A stretch of 64,000 nt of DNA from Octopus vulgaris (Eukaryota). Both the position numbers and the translations under genes were made by a program. Position 1 is the first letter of the stretch, and each line of letters starts with the position of its first letter. Shown here in pieces: positions 11,505 to 24,876 of this stretch. The stretch spans positions 219,790,001 through 219,854,000 of the forward strand of contig OX597814.1 of the NCBI GenBank assembly GCA_951406725.2, read 5' to 3'. The notes below the pieces were generated by a model, which saw only the letters and a program-made list of their open reading frames with translations, ran no database searches and was not told the origin of the DNA.

Positions 11505-12777
11505 GTGATTTTTTTTTTGCTATTTTCTATTTTCTCACAAAATAACATACAATAGTTTTTTAAGTTGCTGTTCGATAAAAAATATAATGCTAATTTATCA
11601 AGTGAGGGGGAATACTTATTTGTAAAATATACTTAGTTTATAAAGTGTATGTGTGGACATGGTTGTGTTGTAAAGAAGTTCTTTCATACACATGGTTCTT
11701 GGTTCAGTTCCACAGAAGAGTGCCTCAGGCAAACATCTTCTATAACCTTGTGCCAACTAAATGCCTTGTGAATGGATTTGGTAGATGGAAACATTTGTAG
11801 AAGTTTGTCATGTCAGAGAACGTGTGTGTGTGTGTGAATATTAGCATACCATCGTTTCATTTGAGCAAAATGGTTATGTTGTTTACATGGACTGTTGCCA
11901 TTACAACTGGGTGCTCTGTACTTTTGAAGACCTGTGGAATAAGAAATTCCTTGACCTGAAAAACAAATGAGAATTAGCAACAAGAAAAGTGTCTCACTGT
12001 AAAGTCCTGCCTCAAATAAGTCTTTGTTTAGTCCATGCTAGTATGAAGAAAACATGTTAAATGAACAAATGAAAGAATTTGTGTGCATGTGTGTGTTTAT
12101 ACACATACACACCATCATTTAAGTCTGTCTTCTATGCAAGCATTGTTAGGTTTCACTGGATCTTACAAACTGGAGGACAGTGGTGAGCTCCAATGCTTGT
12201 TTTGGCATGATCTCTGTGGCTAGTTGCCCTTCCTAATGCCAACCACCTTGTAGAATGAATGACAAAAGAACAGAAGCCAACATCTTTATAAGCATACAAC
12301 TGTTTCTGCTATAAGAAGCAGAACACTCAGAGCTGAGGGATTGTGCAAAATCCAAGTTCCCATGAAGCCATTTAAATAGCTTATAGCAGAAACAGGTGTA
12401 AGCTAATGAAAGGGTCTACATAACACCTGTTCTCTTGTTGTATGTTAATTGATATTTTGCTCAGTACTCACCTGAAGCTTTACTCTAAAGCACATGTATA
12501 TTCAGTTATAATAATTGGTTATTAGTATTGTTATCCCCAAGTGAAATTATAAAATGCATGCGTGTGTGTGTGTGTGTGTGAAGCATTGTGAAATAGTAAT
12601 GAAAGCCACTACAATGCAAGTTTCAGAATAAAGGAAGGTAAACAAATTCTACACCAAAGCAGCCCAAGGACAATGGTTAATATTTTTACCTTATATTTTA
12701 ATACTTTGGGTGTAAAATTCTCTTATCAAGAAAATAGGCCAACCAGCTTATTCTGTCTGTGCAGATCAAAATAACTA

Positions 12778-12948
12778 ACTAGCTATTTTTCAAATGTTAA
12801 CATTGTTGTCAATAGACAGATTAAGTATATTAATCATGATAGCTTCTTTAGTCCCTAGATTTCCAATATTTCTTTTTAGGGTCTAATTAGTAATTTTGAT
12901 ATCCTTGTATGATGTCTTTCCTGATGTATATACTAAGCCTGGGGTTTT
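12778..12948 (+). repeat. 171-bp intronic segment duplicated in inverted orientation at 16007-16177
   Basis: Direct reading shows 16007-16177 is the reverse complement with one visible mismatch. Confidence 0.9.
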
Positions 12949-14063
12949 AGTATAAACGTGCTCATGTGTGTGTCTGTGCATATGTATATGCACGTGATAG
13001 CTCTTTCCTTTTGAAGATGTATAAAAAATCCCTACTTCTAAATTGGGTAAGTATTTGTGTCAGGAAGGGCATCTGGCTGTAACACAATAATATGCATTCT
13101 TAATAATATATAAGCCCCAATAATATATATTCATGTAACTTATTCTAACGTTAAATAAACTGGCATAATGAATAAAAGGTGTTATAGGTTCATAAAGATA
13201 TTTCCACATTATTGATGGGGGCAGTTGGCTAATGCACCAGCATTGTTGTTATGTGTAGGTCAACTCCCAGGTAGGCATTTTTCAAAGAAATTCAGTGTGT
13301 GTAGCTTTATGTTTGAAGTGCAGCAGTTCTAAAATGAAAATTGTTGGATATGTGAACCTTCTTTAGGGTAAAGGACCAAAATCTTTTTATAGAAATAGAA
13401 AATCGAAAAACCTTTGAATATCTGTGCAGATTTAGTGGATGTCTCATATTCATGCATATTATTATCAAACTGGTCTTTGGTCAAATGTTAGCAGCTTTTT
13501 GAACTTCTTGGTGTTGGTGCTTCCATCATCTGCTTTGCTGCATCTGTTGTGTTGTCATCATTTAACATCCGCTTTTCCATACTTTCATGGATCAGATAGA
13601 ATTTGTTGTGGCTGACTGCCCCTCTTGTTACCAACCTTCACCTGTTTCCAAACAAGGTAGTATTTTCCCAAAGCTAGACATGTTTTTCATGGAAGACTGA
13701 AAATAACTTTGCTTATGTGATGGTGATACTCTAAACATGGGTACACACAAACACATACTTACATACGCAAATATGCATGTGTGTATGTGTGTGTACATAT
13801 ATATAAATTTGATGAGCTTCTTTCAGTTCCTATCTACCAAATCCACTCAAAAATCAGCCCAGAATTATAATAGAAGACACCTGTCCAAGATGTCCTGTAG
13901 CAGAACTGAACCCAAGACCCCATAGTTGGGAAGTAAGCTTCTTAACCACACAGCTATGTCTGTTATGTATACACAGTATGTCGACAAAATTGGGTTCAGT
14001 AGATAAGACTGATCTCTAATATGCAAACAGGCCCCTGGAGGCACTTCCCTGTAAAAATTGGTG

Positions 14064-14465
14064 TTACTCTTTTACTTGTTTCAGCCATTTGACTGCGGCC
14101 ATGCTGGAGCACCACCTTTAATCGAGCAACTCGACCCCGGGACTTATTCTTTTGTAAGCCCAGTACTTATTCTATCAGTCTCTTTTGCCGAACCGCTAAG
14201 TAACGGTGACATAAACACACCAGCATCGGTTGTCAAGCAATGCTAGGGGGACAAACACAGACACACAAACACACACACGCATATATATATATATATATAC
14301 ATATATACATATATACGACGGGCTTCTTTCAGTTTCCGTCTACCAAATCCACTCACAAGGCTTTGGTCGGCCCGAGGCTATAGTAGAAGACACTTGCCCA
14401 AGGTTCCGCGCAGTGGGACTGAACCTGGAACCATGTGGTTGGTAAACAAGCTACTTACCACACAG
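14064..14465 (-). mobile_element. tRNA-derived SINE family A (internal (TA)/(TG) tract, GAGTAAAA tail)
   Basis: Pol III A/B-box-like head TGGCTGTGTGG...GGTTC(A/C)GTCCC. At least nine similar copies occur in the window. Confidence 0.85.
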
Positions 14466-15082
14466 TTATTGGATCATTTCTTTGTGAACTTGAGTTGGTA
14501 ATCAAGCAGAATGAGAGAATTCTGGTGTTACTCAGGTGTGTCATTTCAGAATCTTTAGTTGTGAACACACACACACACACACACACACACTAATTGAATT
14601 GCCTCCTCATGAGAAGATGGCAAAACAATGTCATCTAAATAGTTTGTGAAGTATTTTTTGAAGTCAAGGTAGAGCACTCTCCTAATGACCCTTGTTTATA
14701 TGCATTTTTTTAAATTTTGAACTTCTGTAATGCTTACATTGATCACTTATTATTGTTTATTTTTGAAAATCACTTATCATTGACTACTTCTCCGCACTCA
14801 TTCCTCGTTCATGAAATTCTACCACCCAGCTCTACCCTATCTCTAACTAACCCTCACTCTCCACATACACCCTTGCAACCTCTATCCACCCACTGTACCT
14901 GTTCTGTCCTGGCTCCCTTTTATTTACTTTCTTGTACCCTGTCACAGCTCACCTTGATCGCATGCCCCCATTATCTTTAACTCTCTTTCCAGCTCCACCC
15001 CAATTCCTCTCTCATACTCATGTATCTCTTCTGCATGTATGAGAAAGAAAAACCCGAGATTCTACAAAAATAAGTATGTATA

Positions 15083-15247
15083 GGCACAAGAGTGGCTGTG
15101 TGGTAAGTAGCTTGCTAACCAACTACATGGTTCCGGGTTCAGTCCCACTGCGTGGCATCTTGGGCAAGTGTCTTCTGCTATAGCCCCGGGCCGCCCAATG
15201 CCTTGTGAGTGGATTTGGTAGACAGAAACTGAAAGAAGCCTGTCGTA

Positions 15248-15289
<42 letters not shown>

Positions 15290-15497
15290 CGTGTGTGTCT
15301 GTGTTTGTCCCCCTAGCATTGCTTGACAACCGATGCTGGTGTGTTTACGTCCCCGTCACTTAGCGGTTCGGCAAAAGAGACCGATAGAATAAGTACTGGG
15401 CTTACAAAGAATAAGTCCCGGGGTCGATTTGCTCGACTAAAGCGGTGCTCCAGCTTGGCCACAGTCAAATAACTGAAACAAGTAAAAGAGTAAAAGA
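15083..15497 (+). mobile_element. SINE family A
   Basis: Full copy, inverted relative to 14064-14465. Confidence 0.85.
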
Positions 15498-15807
15498 GAG
15501 AGTATGTATCTGTGTGTACGTATGTCCCCTTACACACAAGCACGTTCGTGAAAACACTCCCCTCCACTTTTCAGTATACCATGGGGTTTTTTTTGGGGTT
15601 TTTTTTCCAAATAGAGTTTTATGTCTGGATGCCCTTCCTGGTGTCAACCCTTTTAATCACCATTTTACAACATGCAAGGACACGGTGTTCTTATTCTAAA
15701 GATTGCGATACAGATGGCTTGTTGATGTATACATACGCATGTGTCCCTGTTTACTCTTGTAAATTAATTTGTAAATCTGTTTATACGTGTATTTTTGCAT
15801 GTATGTG

Positions 15808-16278
15808 AAGGTGCATGGCTCAGTGGTTAGAGTATTGGGCTTACAATCATGAGGTAGTGAGTTGGACCAGGCTATTTGTCGTGTTCTTGAGCAAGACACT
15901 TTATTTCACGTTGCTCCAGTTCACTCAGCTGTAGAAATGAGCTGCGACGTCACTGGTGCCATGCTGTATCGGCCCCTTTGCCTTTCCCTTGGATAACATT
16001 TGTGGCAAAACCTCAGGCTTAGTATATACATCAGGAAAGACATCATACAAGGATATCAAAATTACTAATTAGACCCTAAAAAGAAATATTGGAAATCTAG
16101 GGACTAAAGAAGCTATCATGATTAATATACTTAATCTGTCTATTGACAACAATGTTAACATTTGAAAAATAGCTAGTATGCATGGGAAACTGTTGGTCTT
16201 CTGTGAAAACCTTGTGCCTCGGAGGGGAACTTCCTAGGTGCAGTCCCGTGGTCATTCGTGACCGAAGGGGATCTTTAC
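15808..16278 (+). mobile_element. tRNA-derived SINE family D, interrupted by the 171-bp inverted insertion
   Basis: Head GCATGGCTCAGTGGTTAGAG, body CTTGAGCAAGACACTTTATTTCAC.TTGCTCCAGTTCACTCAGCTG, 3' hairpin GGTCA-TTCG-TGACC. Confidence 0.7.
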
Positions 16279-16333
16279 TCTCTGCCCTTTGCATGTATAT
16301 TAATCTCCTTTGCTGTTTTTGTTTTTTCTGTAG

Positions 16334-16495
16334 GCAATGGAAGCAACTAAATTATTAGTACGCAGTCATCAGCGCACGAAGCTTGAACTGACAAATGAAA
16401 CTGAATGCAACTATTTGTTTGAGAGATGGTCGCAGCCTGATTACCAAAAAGCAATTCATGAATACTTAAGTGATGAGAAAAACTTCTCATATTGA
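16334..16495 (+). CDS. CDYL: CDYL-like gene, terminal coding exon (missed by the ORF track)
   Basis: ttttctgtAG acceptor. Reads AMEATKLLVRSHQRTKLELTNETECNYLFERWSQPDYQKAIHEYLSDEKNFSY-TGA (16493-16495), in frame with the previous exon and resembling the CDYL C-terminal helices. Confidence 0.88.
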   Translation, partial: AMEATKLLVRSHQRTKLELTNETECNYLFERWSQPDYQKAIHEYLSDEKNFSY

Positions 16496-16771
16496 CTGAC
16501 TCCACTGTCAATATAGAGTCACATGATACTACTACTACTATTGCTACTACTACTACTACTACTACATTGACTAGATGTTCTCGGTGGTTTAGTCTTTGAC
16601 TTCTGTCTCATTCAGCTTCCCACTACATTGTAAGAACATTGCCCAAAGTTTTAATATGCGTTCTTCACTGTCAACTATCTCATGTCTTCATTGAACCTGC
16701 TATCTGATGGATCATACTCATTTAACAATGAAATTTGATAAAAAAAAAAAAAAAAGAAAAAAGACGAGTAA

Positions 16772-16804
16772 AATAAAATTCACACACACCTCACAATCAA
16801 TAAA
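16772..16804 (+). terminator. Candidate proximal polyadenylation signals for the CDYL-like gene
   Basis: AATAAA at 16772-16777 and 16799-16804, about 280-310 nt after the stop codon. The A-rich context makes chance matches likely. Confidence 0.3.
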
Positions 16805-17224
16805 GAAAAAAGAAAACAGACTTCAATTTCAAGGATTAACATGATTTTTAAGTTATCATGTGTCATTCTGCAAACTATCACAAATATACGTGTATCTGTG
16901 TGCATGTGTTATTACACGCACACACACACACACACATACACATGTTTGGATGTTCAAATGTGAGAATGCATATTCAAAGAGCTTTGAATGAATAAAAGGC
17001 AAAAGTGACTCATTCCAGTGTTACTGTGAGTTTCTCACTGCATTCAATCCTTCAGAGATATATATAAAAAAAAAAAAAAAAAAGAAGAAGAAAAAAGAGA
17101 GAGAATTTAATGAATTTTTTGTCACCTGAAGAATCACAAATATCAAGGAACTCTGAGCTACAGCAGAGTGAATTGTCAATTTTGGTCAACTAAGTTTGTG
17201 TTTGTATGTGTGTGTGTGTGTATG

Positions 17225-17260
<36 letters not shown>

Positions 17261-17295
17261 TGCTTTATTTAAAGTAGCAGAAAATTCAACAAAAC

Positions 17296-17333
17296 CTGTT
17301 ACTCTGAGTTTCCCGTTGCCGTTCATCAGACAG
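17296..17333 (-). ncRNA. Minimal type I hammerhead ribozyme motif (left arm of a fold-back)
   Basis: Minus strand: CTGT-CTGATGA-A CG GCAA CG G-GAAA-CTCAGAG-TA-ACAG. Canonical core, 4-bp stem I, weak stem II. Confidence 0.7.
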
Positions 17334-17349
17334 TTTTTGCTAGAAAAAA

Positions 17350-17386
17350 CTGTCCGATGAACAGCAACGGAAACTCAGAGTAACAG
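17350..17386 (+). ncRNA. Hammerhead motif, U4C variant (right arm of the fold-back)
   Basis: CTGT-CCGATGA-ACAGCAACG-GAAA-CTCAGAG-TA-ACAG. Confidence 0.55.
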
Positions 17387-17489
17387 GTTTTGTTGAATTT
17401 TCTGCTGCTTTAGATAAAGCATATTACTCTACCACTGGTATTTGAGTACTCTTTTTCCACCTTGTTTCACATTTATGTGTTTACTCTGG

Positions 17490-18130
<641 letters not shown>

Positions 18131-18469
18131 AATTCCATTATGTACATATATATGAAGGGGTATGTACAGACCTAAATTTCTCTTTATTTTAATTCATTCA
18201 CCATCAGGAATAGAGACACTTTAATATTCAATCTATTGTTTGGTTTCTGACTCCAGTTGTCTGAATGAATAACTAGCAATTTTGAAATTTTAGTGGACTA
18301 TTTTGCTAGCTTCATCATCCACATTTGTCAATTCACTCTGAATATAGGTAATAAAAAAAACAAAAAATACCTTTACCACAAGCTAAGAATAAAACAAGAA
18401 CATCATCCCTCCATCTCTCGCATTACTGAAGTTTGCATCTATTTTTGTTTTGTTTTTATTTATAAAGAA

Positions 18470-18643
18470 ATTGTCACTCAAGAGTTCGATTCCTGCCATG
18501 GTTGACTTTGATCTTCATCCCTCCAGTGTCAATAAAAATAGAATTCCAGTCAAGTGCTGAGGTTGATTTTAATTGACTAACTCCTCCCTTCAAATTTCTG
18601 GCCTTGTTCTTATGCTAAAACTATTCGTTGTTGTTGTTGTTAC

Positions 18644-18685
<42 letters not shown>

Positions 18686-18916
18686 CAAAGACGGCAAGCT
18701 GACAGAATCGTTAGCATGCCTAGTGAAATGCTTAGTGGTATTTCGTCTGCCACTACACCGAGGTCGACTTTGCCTTTCATCCTTTCGGGGTTGATAAATT
18801 AAGTACCAGTTGCGTACTGGGGGTTGATGAAATCGACTGGATCCTTCCCCAAAAATTTCAGGCCATGTGCATATAGAAGAAAGGATCCGTGCTAGCGCGG
18901 AAAACGAACGTTAAAC

Positions 18917-18950
<34 letters not shown>

Positions 18951-21900
18951 GTTATTATTATTATCAAAGACGGCAAGCTGGCAGAACTGTTAGCATGCCG
19001 AGTGAAATGCCTAGTGGTATTTAGTCTACCACTACATTCTGAGTTCAAATTCTGCCGAGGTCAACTTTGCTTTTCATCCTTCTGGGGGGTCAATGAAATA
19101 AGTACCAGTTGATATAATCGACCAGCCTCTCCCCCCCAATTTTCAAGGCCTTGTGTCTAGAGTAGAAATAACAACTATTATTATTGTTATTATTATCAAA
19201 GACAGCAAGCTAGCAGAATTGTTACCACGCCAAGTGAACGCTGCTATGTTCTGAGTTCAATTCTGCTGAGGTCGACTTTACCTTTCTACCTTTTGAGGTC
19301 AGTAAATTAAGTACCAGTGAAATGCTAGGGTTGGTGTAATCAATTTATCCCCTCCACCCCCCACATTTTGGGCCTTGTGTCTTCAGTAGAAAGGATTATG
19401 ATTATGATTATTATGATTATTATTATTATTAGGGCGGTGAGCTAGCAGAATTGTTAGCATGCCGGGCAAAATGCTTAAGGGTATTGCGTCTGCTGGTATG
19501 TTCTGAGTTCAAATTCCGCCGAGGTCGGCTTTGCCTTTCATCCTTTTGGAGTCAATGAAATAAGTACCAGTTACGTACTGGAGTCAATGTAATCAACTAG
19601 CCCCCTTCCCACCAAACATTTCAAGGCCTTGTGCCTAGAGTAGAAAAAATGAATATGTATGATAAAGCAGGGAGCTGGCACAATTGTTAGCATGCTGGGC
19701 GAAATGCTTAGCAGAATTTTGCCCGTTGCCTTGTGCCTATAGTAGAAAGGATTATTATTATTATATTCTGCTGAGGTCGATTTTACTCTTCATCCTTTCA
19801 GGGTCAGTAAAATGAGTACCAGTTGAGCACTGGTGTTCATATAATTGGTTAACCTCTCCCCACAAAATTTCAGGCCTTGCACTTACAGTAGAAAGTGAGC
19901 TGACACAATCGCTAGTGTCAGAAAAACTGCATTGTGGTATTTGTTCTGATTCTCTACATTTTGAGTTCAAACCTCACCAAAGGTCAGCTTTGCTTCTCAT
20001 CCCTCTGGGATTTCAAGCCTTGTACCTATGGCCGAAAATAATTATCATTATTAATATTGTGTGCAAACTTTGGCACAGGGCCAGTAGGTTTGGAGAAGGG
20101 GCTAAGTCAATTACATCAACCCCAGTGTTCAAGTGGTACCTATTTTGTTGACCCCGAGAAGATAAAAAGCAAAGTCAACCTCTGTGGAATTTGAACTTAG
20201 TACCTTTACCTTGTCAATATTAGTAATATTTCAGGTGGCAGGCTGGCAGAATCATTAGCACACCAGGCAAAATACTTAGTGGCATGTCGCTTCTCTTTAC
20301 ATTCTGAGTTCAAATTCTGCCATGGTCGACTTTGCCTTTTGTTCTTCCCCTAAATTGCTGGTCTTGTGCCAAAAAGTTGAAATCGGTATTGCAAATAGGT
20401 TTTTGTTTTATAATGTTTTCTTTTATTTGTTCAGTTAAAAATTATTGGGAAGGGTTAATTCAGTTGACCAAAATCTTTTCCCTAAAATATGTGGCCTTGC
20501 GCTGTTGTAAGAAACCTTTATTATTAGTGACAGAATCAGTTGAGCGATGGACAAAAAAATAGCGAATGGCCTTTCGTTACATCTCCTCCCTTTCTGTGTT
20601 CAGTTCTTGATTGCTCATCTTTGTCTTTCATTCTTGTGAGATTGATATAAGATATGGTAACAATCAAATAAATAACAAAGTAGATCTAATTTTACTCTAC
20701 CCTCACCTTTCCCATTAACCTGTGTCTGTGTATCCTTTGTGACCGTGTCAGAAATCGATATAATATTCAAATCTACCTGAACTGCCTTTGCCTTCCATTC
20801 TTTCATAGTTAATGAAATAACCATCACTCAATTGGCTATTCATACTCTCCCTCCAAAATGTGTGGAATTGTGCCAAAGTCAGTGTTAAAGTTCATTATTA
20901 TTATTATTATTAGGCAACGAGCTGGCAGAATCGTTAGCACTCCAGGTGAAATGCTTTGCGGCATTTTGTCTGTCTATGTTCTGAGTTCAAATTCTGCTGA
21001 GGTCAACTTTGCCTTCATCCTTTTGGGCTCGGTGAAATAAGTACCAGTTACACACTTGGGTCAATGTAATCGACTATTCCCCTTCCCCCTTTTCAAGGTC
21101 TTGTGCCTGGAGTAGAAATAATAATAATAATAATAATAATAATTATTATTATTATTATTATTAAAGCGGTGAGCTGGCAGAAACGTTAGCACGCCGGGCG
21201 AAATGCTTAGCAGTATTTCGTCTGCTGTTACATTCTGAGTTCAAATTCCACCAAGGTTGACTTTGCCTTTCATCCTTTCAGGGTCGATAAAATAAGTACC
21301 AGTTACACACTGGGGTTGATATAATCGACTTAATCCGTTTGTCCCTTCTGTGTTTAGCCCCTTGTGGGTAGTAAAGAAGTAGGTATTTCGCCCGCCACTA
21401 TGTTCTGAGTTCAAATTCTGCTGAGGTTGACTTTCATCCTTTCGGGGTTGATAAAATAAGTACCAGTTGAACACTGGGGTTGATGTAATCGACTTGTCCC
21501 CTCCCCTCACATTGCAGGCATTGTGCCTATTGTAGAAAGGATTATGATTATTCCACAGAGGTCACCTTTGCCTTTCATCTTTTCATGGTCGATAAATCAA
21601 GTACCAGTTGAGTACTGGGGTTGATGTTATTGACTTAACCCCTCCCCCTAAATTTCAGGCCTTGTGCATGTAGTAGAAAGGATTATTATCAGGGCAATGA
21701 ACTGACTGAATCATTAGGGCATTGGTCAAAATACTGAGCAACATTTTATTCAGTTTTATGTTCTGAGTTCAAATTCCACTGAAGTCTCGACTTTACCTTT
21801 TATCCTTTTGGGATGGATAGCAATAAGTACCAGTCTAGTATTGGGATTGATGTAATGGACTAGCCCCACAAGCCCAAATTTTCAGGCTTTGTGCCTATGA

Positions 21901-23735
21901 TAAAAAGAACTATTATTATAAATGTAATGGGCTGGCCAGATCAGTGTGTCAGATAAAATACTTAGTGGCATTTTTTCCGACTCATCATGTTCTGAGTTCA
22001 AATTCTGCTGGGGTCGACTTTGCCTTCCATCCTTTGGCAAACAATAAAATAAGTCCCAGTTGAACATGGGGGTCTGTGTAATCGACTTAACAACTCCCAC
22101 CTAAAATTACTGGCTTTTTTCCAAAATTAAAAATAATTACTGTTAGAATGGAGTATTGGCAGAATTATTGAAGTTTTGGAAAATATGTTTTGCAGCATTT
22201 TTTCTGGCTCTTTACATCCTGAGTTCAAAATGCTGCTGTAGTCAACTTTACCTTTTATCCATTTGAAGGGGTCGATAAAATAATGTACCATAAAACTACT
22301 GGGATTGATGTAATTGGCTATTACCGTTCCACTAAATTCCAGGCCTTGTATCTTTATGGAAAAAATATTATTACTGAAGGTGGCGAATTGGTGGAGCCAT
22401 TTAAAGCTTTGGACAATCTGCCTTGCAATATTTGCTGTAGCTCTTTTACACTGTGTTCAGTTCCTGCGAAGGTCAGCTTTGCCTTTCTTTTCTTTTTTTT
22501 TTTTTTCTTTTTTTTTTTCTAAGGTTCATAGAATATTTCTACAGTTATATACTGGAGATAATAGAATTGGTTATAACCTTTTTCCCAAATTTCTTGCCTG
22601 TGCCTATGTGAAAAAACAATTAAAGGTCGTTGATCTGAAGGATTGTTAGCACTTTGGACAAAATGTGGTATCCAGTTACATTCCATTATGTCCTGAATTC
22701 AGTTCCGTTGAGGTTGACTTTTCCTTTCATCCTTGTGGGAGGAGGGGATCAAGAAAATAATATACTTCTTGAGTACTGAGGTCAATGTAATCAACCAAGC
22801 TCCTCCCCCAAATTTGTTGCTTAGTACCTATATTAGAAATTATAATTATCAAAAAGTTGGTGGATTGACAGAATCATTATGATGTATTTTGTTACAGCCC
22901 TTCACATTCTGAGTTCAAACCTCACCGAGATCGACTTTGCCTTTTATCCTTCCAGGATAAATAAAGTCAAAAATGAAAGAAACTACTAGTCAACTATTGG
23001 GTTCAACTGTTCCCAACCTCCACCAATATCTGTCCATGTGCCTACGTAAGAAATTATTATTACTACTATTATTGGAGGTGAGCTGGCACAGTTGTTAGAG
23101 TGTATTTCTAACAACTCACTATGTTCTGAGTTCAAATTCCACCAGAATCAACATTGCCTTTCATTCCTTTGTGGTCACTAAAATAAAGTACCTGTCAAGT
23201 ACTGAGGTCCACTTGCCTTCTTCCCTGAAAAACTGCTGGCCCGGTGCCAAAATTTGAAACCATTATTATTTCTTCTGATTCTTTACATACTGAGTTCAGA
23301 TCCCGACAGGGGTAAGCTTAGCCTTTTATCCTTCTAGAGTTATGTGTGGAGAAGAAGGCAGAATCGGTAGAGCATCAGGAAAAGTGTCGAGTGGCATTTA
23401 CTTTAGTTCTTTTCTGAAATCAAAGGCTGCTAAGATTCACTTTGCCTTTCATCCTTTCAAGGAGGATAAAATAAAATGAAATTCTAGGAGCTAATTAAAT
23501 TGACTGCATTAACTCCTATAAATTTGTGGCCTTTTGCCAATGCAAAACAAAAATCATAAATATTATTTGTTCTGACTTTATGTTCTGTGTTCAAATTCTG
23601 CTGAGGTCAGCTTCACCTTTTGTCCCTTCAGGGTTAATAAAATAAAGTACCAGTCAAGTACTGGGGATCGGTGATATCGACTAATCCCCTCCCCTAACAA
23701 TTGTCTGGTATTGTGCCTAAATCCAAAAATTTTAA
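18470..23735 (+). repeat. Head-to-tail array of roughly two dozen SINE family B copies joined by (ATT)n
   Basis: Repeating pattern GAGCTGGCAGAA...GAGTTCAAATTC...GACTTTGCCTTTCATCC...AAGTACCAG...GGCCTTGTGCCTA...(ATT)n. One inverted copy at about 20070-20200. A tiny RTE 3' end with (GAT)n lies at 18887-18948. Confidence 0.9.
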
Positions 23736-24239
23736 CCAAAAAAAAAAAGAAATGAAAAAGGTTTCCTCTTAAATCATTGTTTCCCCATTTCATGTGAAGA
23801 TATGATACTTTGTTCTTGCATCGGAAAATAAAGTACATTTTCTACAATTTTGTCTTTCTAGGAAATCACATGATGATGGAGATTATGGGTAACATTAGTT
23901 TTAAAATTTTATTTTACTTTTTGACATACATATCTACTTCAAATAAAGTTCTAAAAAACATTTAAATATACCTTCATGTGAGTGTGTGTTTTTCAGCTAT
24001 TAATAGTTTAAAACAATCATCTCTCAGAAGCCCTTTGTATATAAAATTCGGCGTGTGTTGCCACATGAAAATTAAAGACAATTAGTGCTTTAGGAACAAA
24101 GTTCCTTGATATGTTTGCTCTGTACTGAGCAACAAACACTGTTGGAAACCGGCAAACTAACAGCACTTTTGTTTTCACCAATTGCGATATTTATAAAAAA
24201 AAAACTCCCCTTTTTCTTTCCATCTCTCTCTTTCTCTTT

Positions 24240-24655
24240 CATATATATACATTATATATTTATATATATATATATTATATATTTGTATGTATATAGTATA
24301 TATATATATGTATATATTATATATATTACATAGTTATAAATATATATTATATACTTATTTATATATATATTATGTATTTATAAATATATATATATTGTAT
24401 ATTTATATTATATATTATATATAATTATGTGTTATACATATATTTATATATTATAAAAATATAAATTTATATATGTATTTATTTATATATTATATATGCA
24501 TTTATTTATATATAATTATATATATTATATACATTTGTGTATTATACATATATATATATATTTGTATCGTTACATATTATATATGTACATTATTATATTA
24601 TATATATATAATTATATATGTTATATATATATGTATAATTATATTTATTTTATTT

Positions 24656-24688
<33 letters not shown>

Positions 24689-24774
24689 GTATATATTATA
24701 TATGTGTATGTATATATATATGTATGTATAATTATATATATGTATGTATATATATATGTATAAATATATATATG

Positions 24775-24813
<39 letters not shown>

Positions 24814-24876
24814 ATGTATATATATATATGTATGTATATATATATGTATGTATATATATATATATATATATATATT
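24240..24876. repeat. Degenerate (TA)n-rich tract
   Basis: Direct reading. Confidence 0.95.

Noticed and set aside
14058-14445. Recurrent short ORFs such as [12 protein letters not shown].. and ..FDCGHAGAPPL..
   Set aside because: Chance frames inside SINE family A, repeated at each copy.
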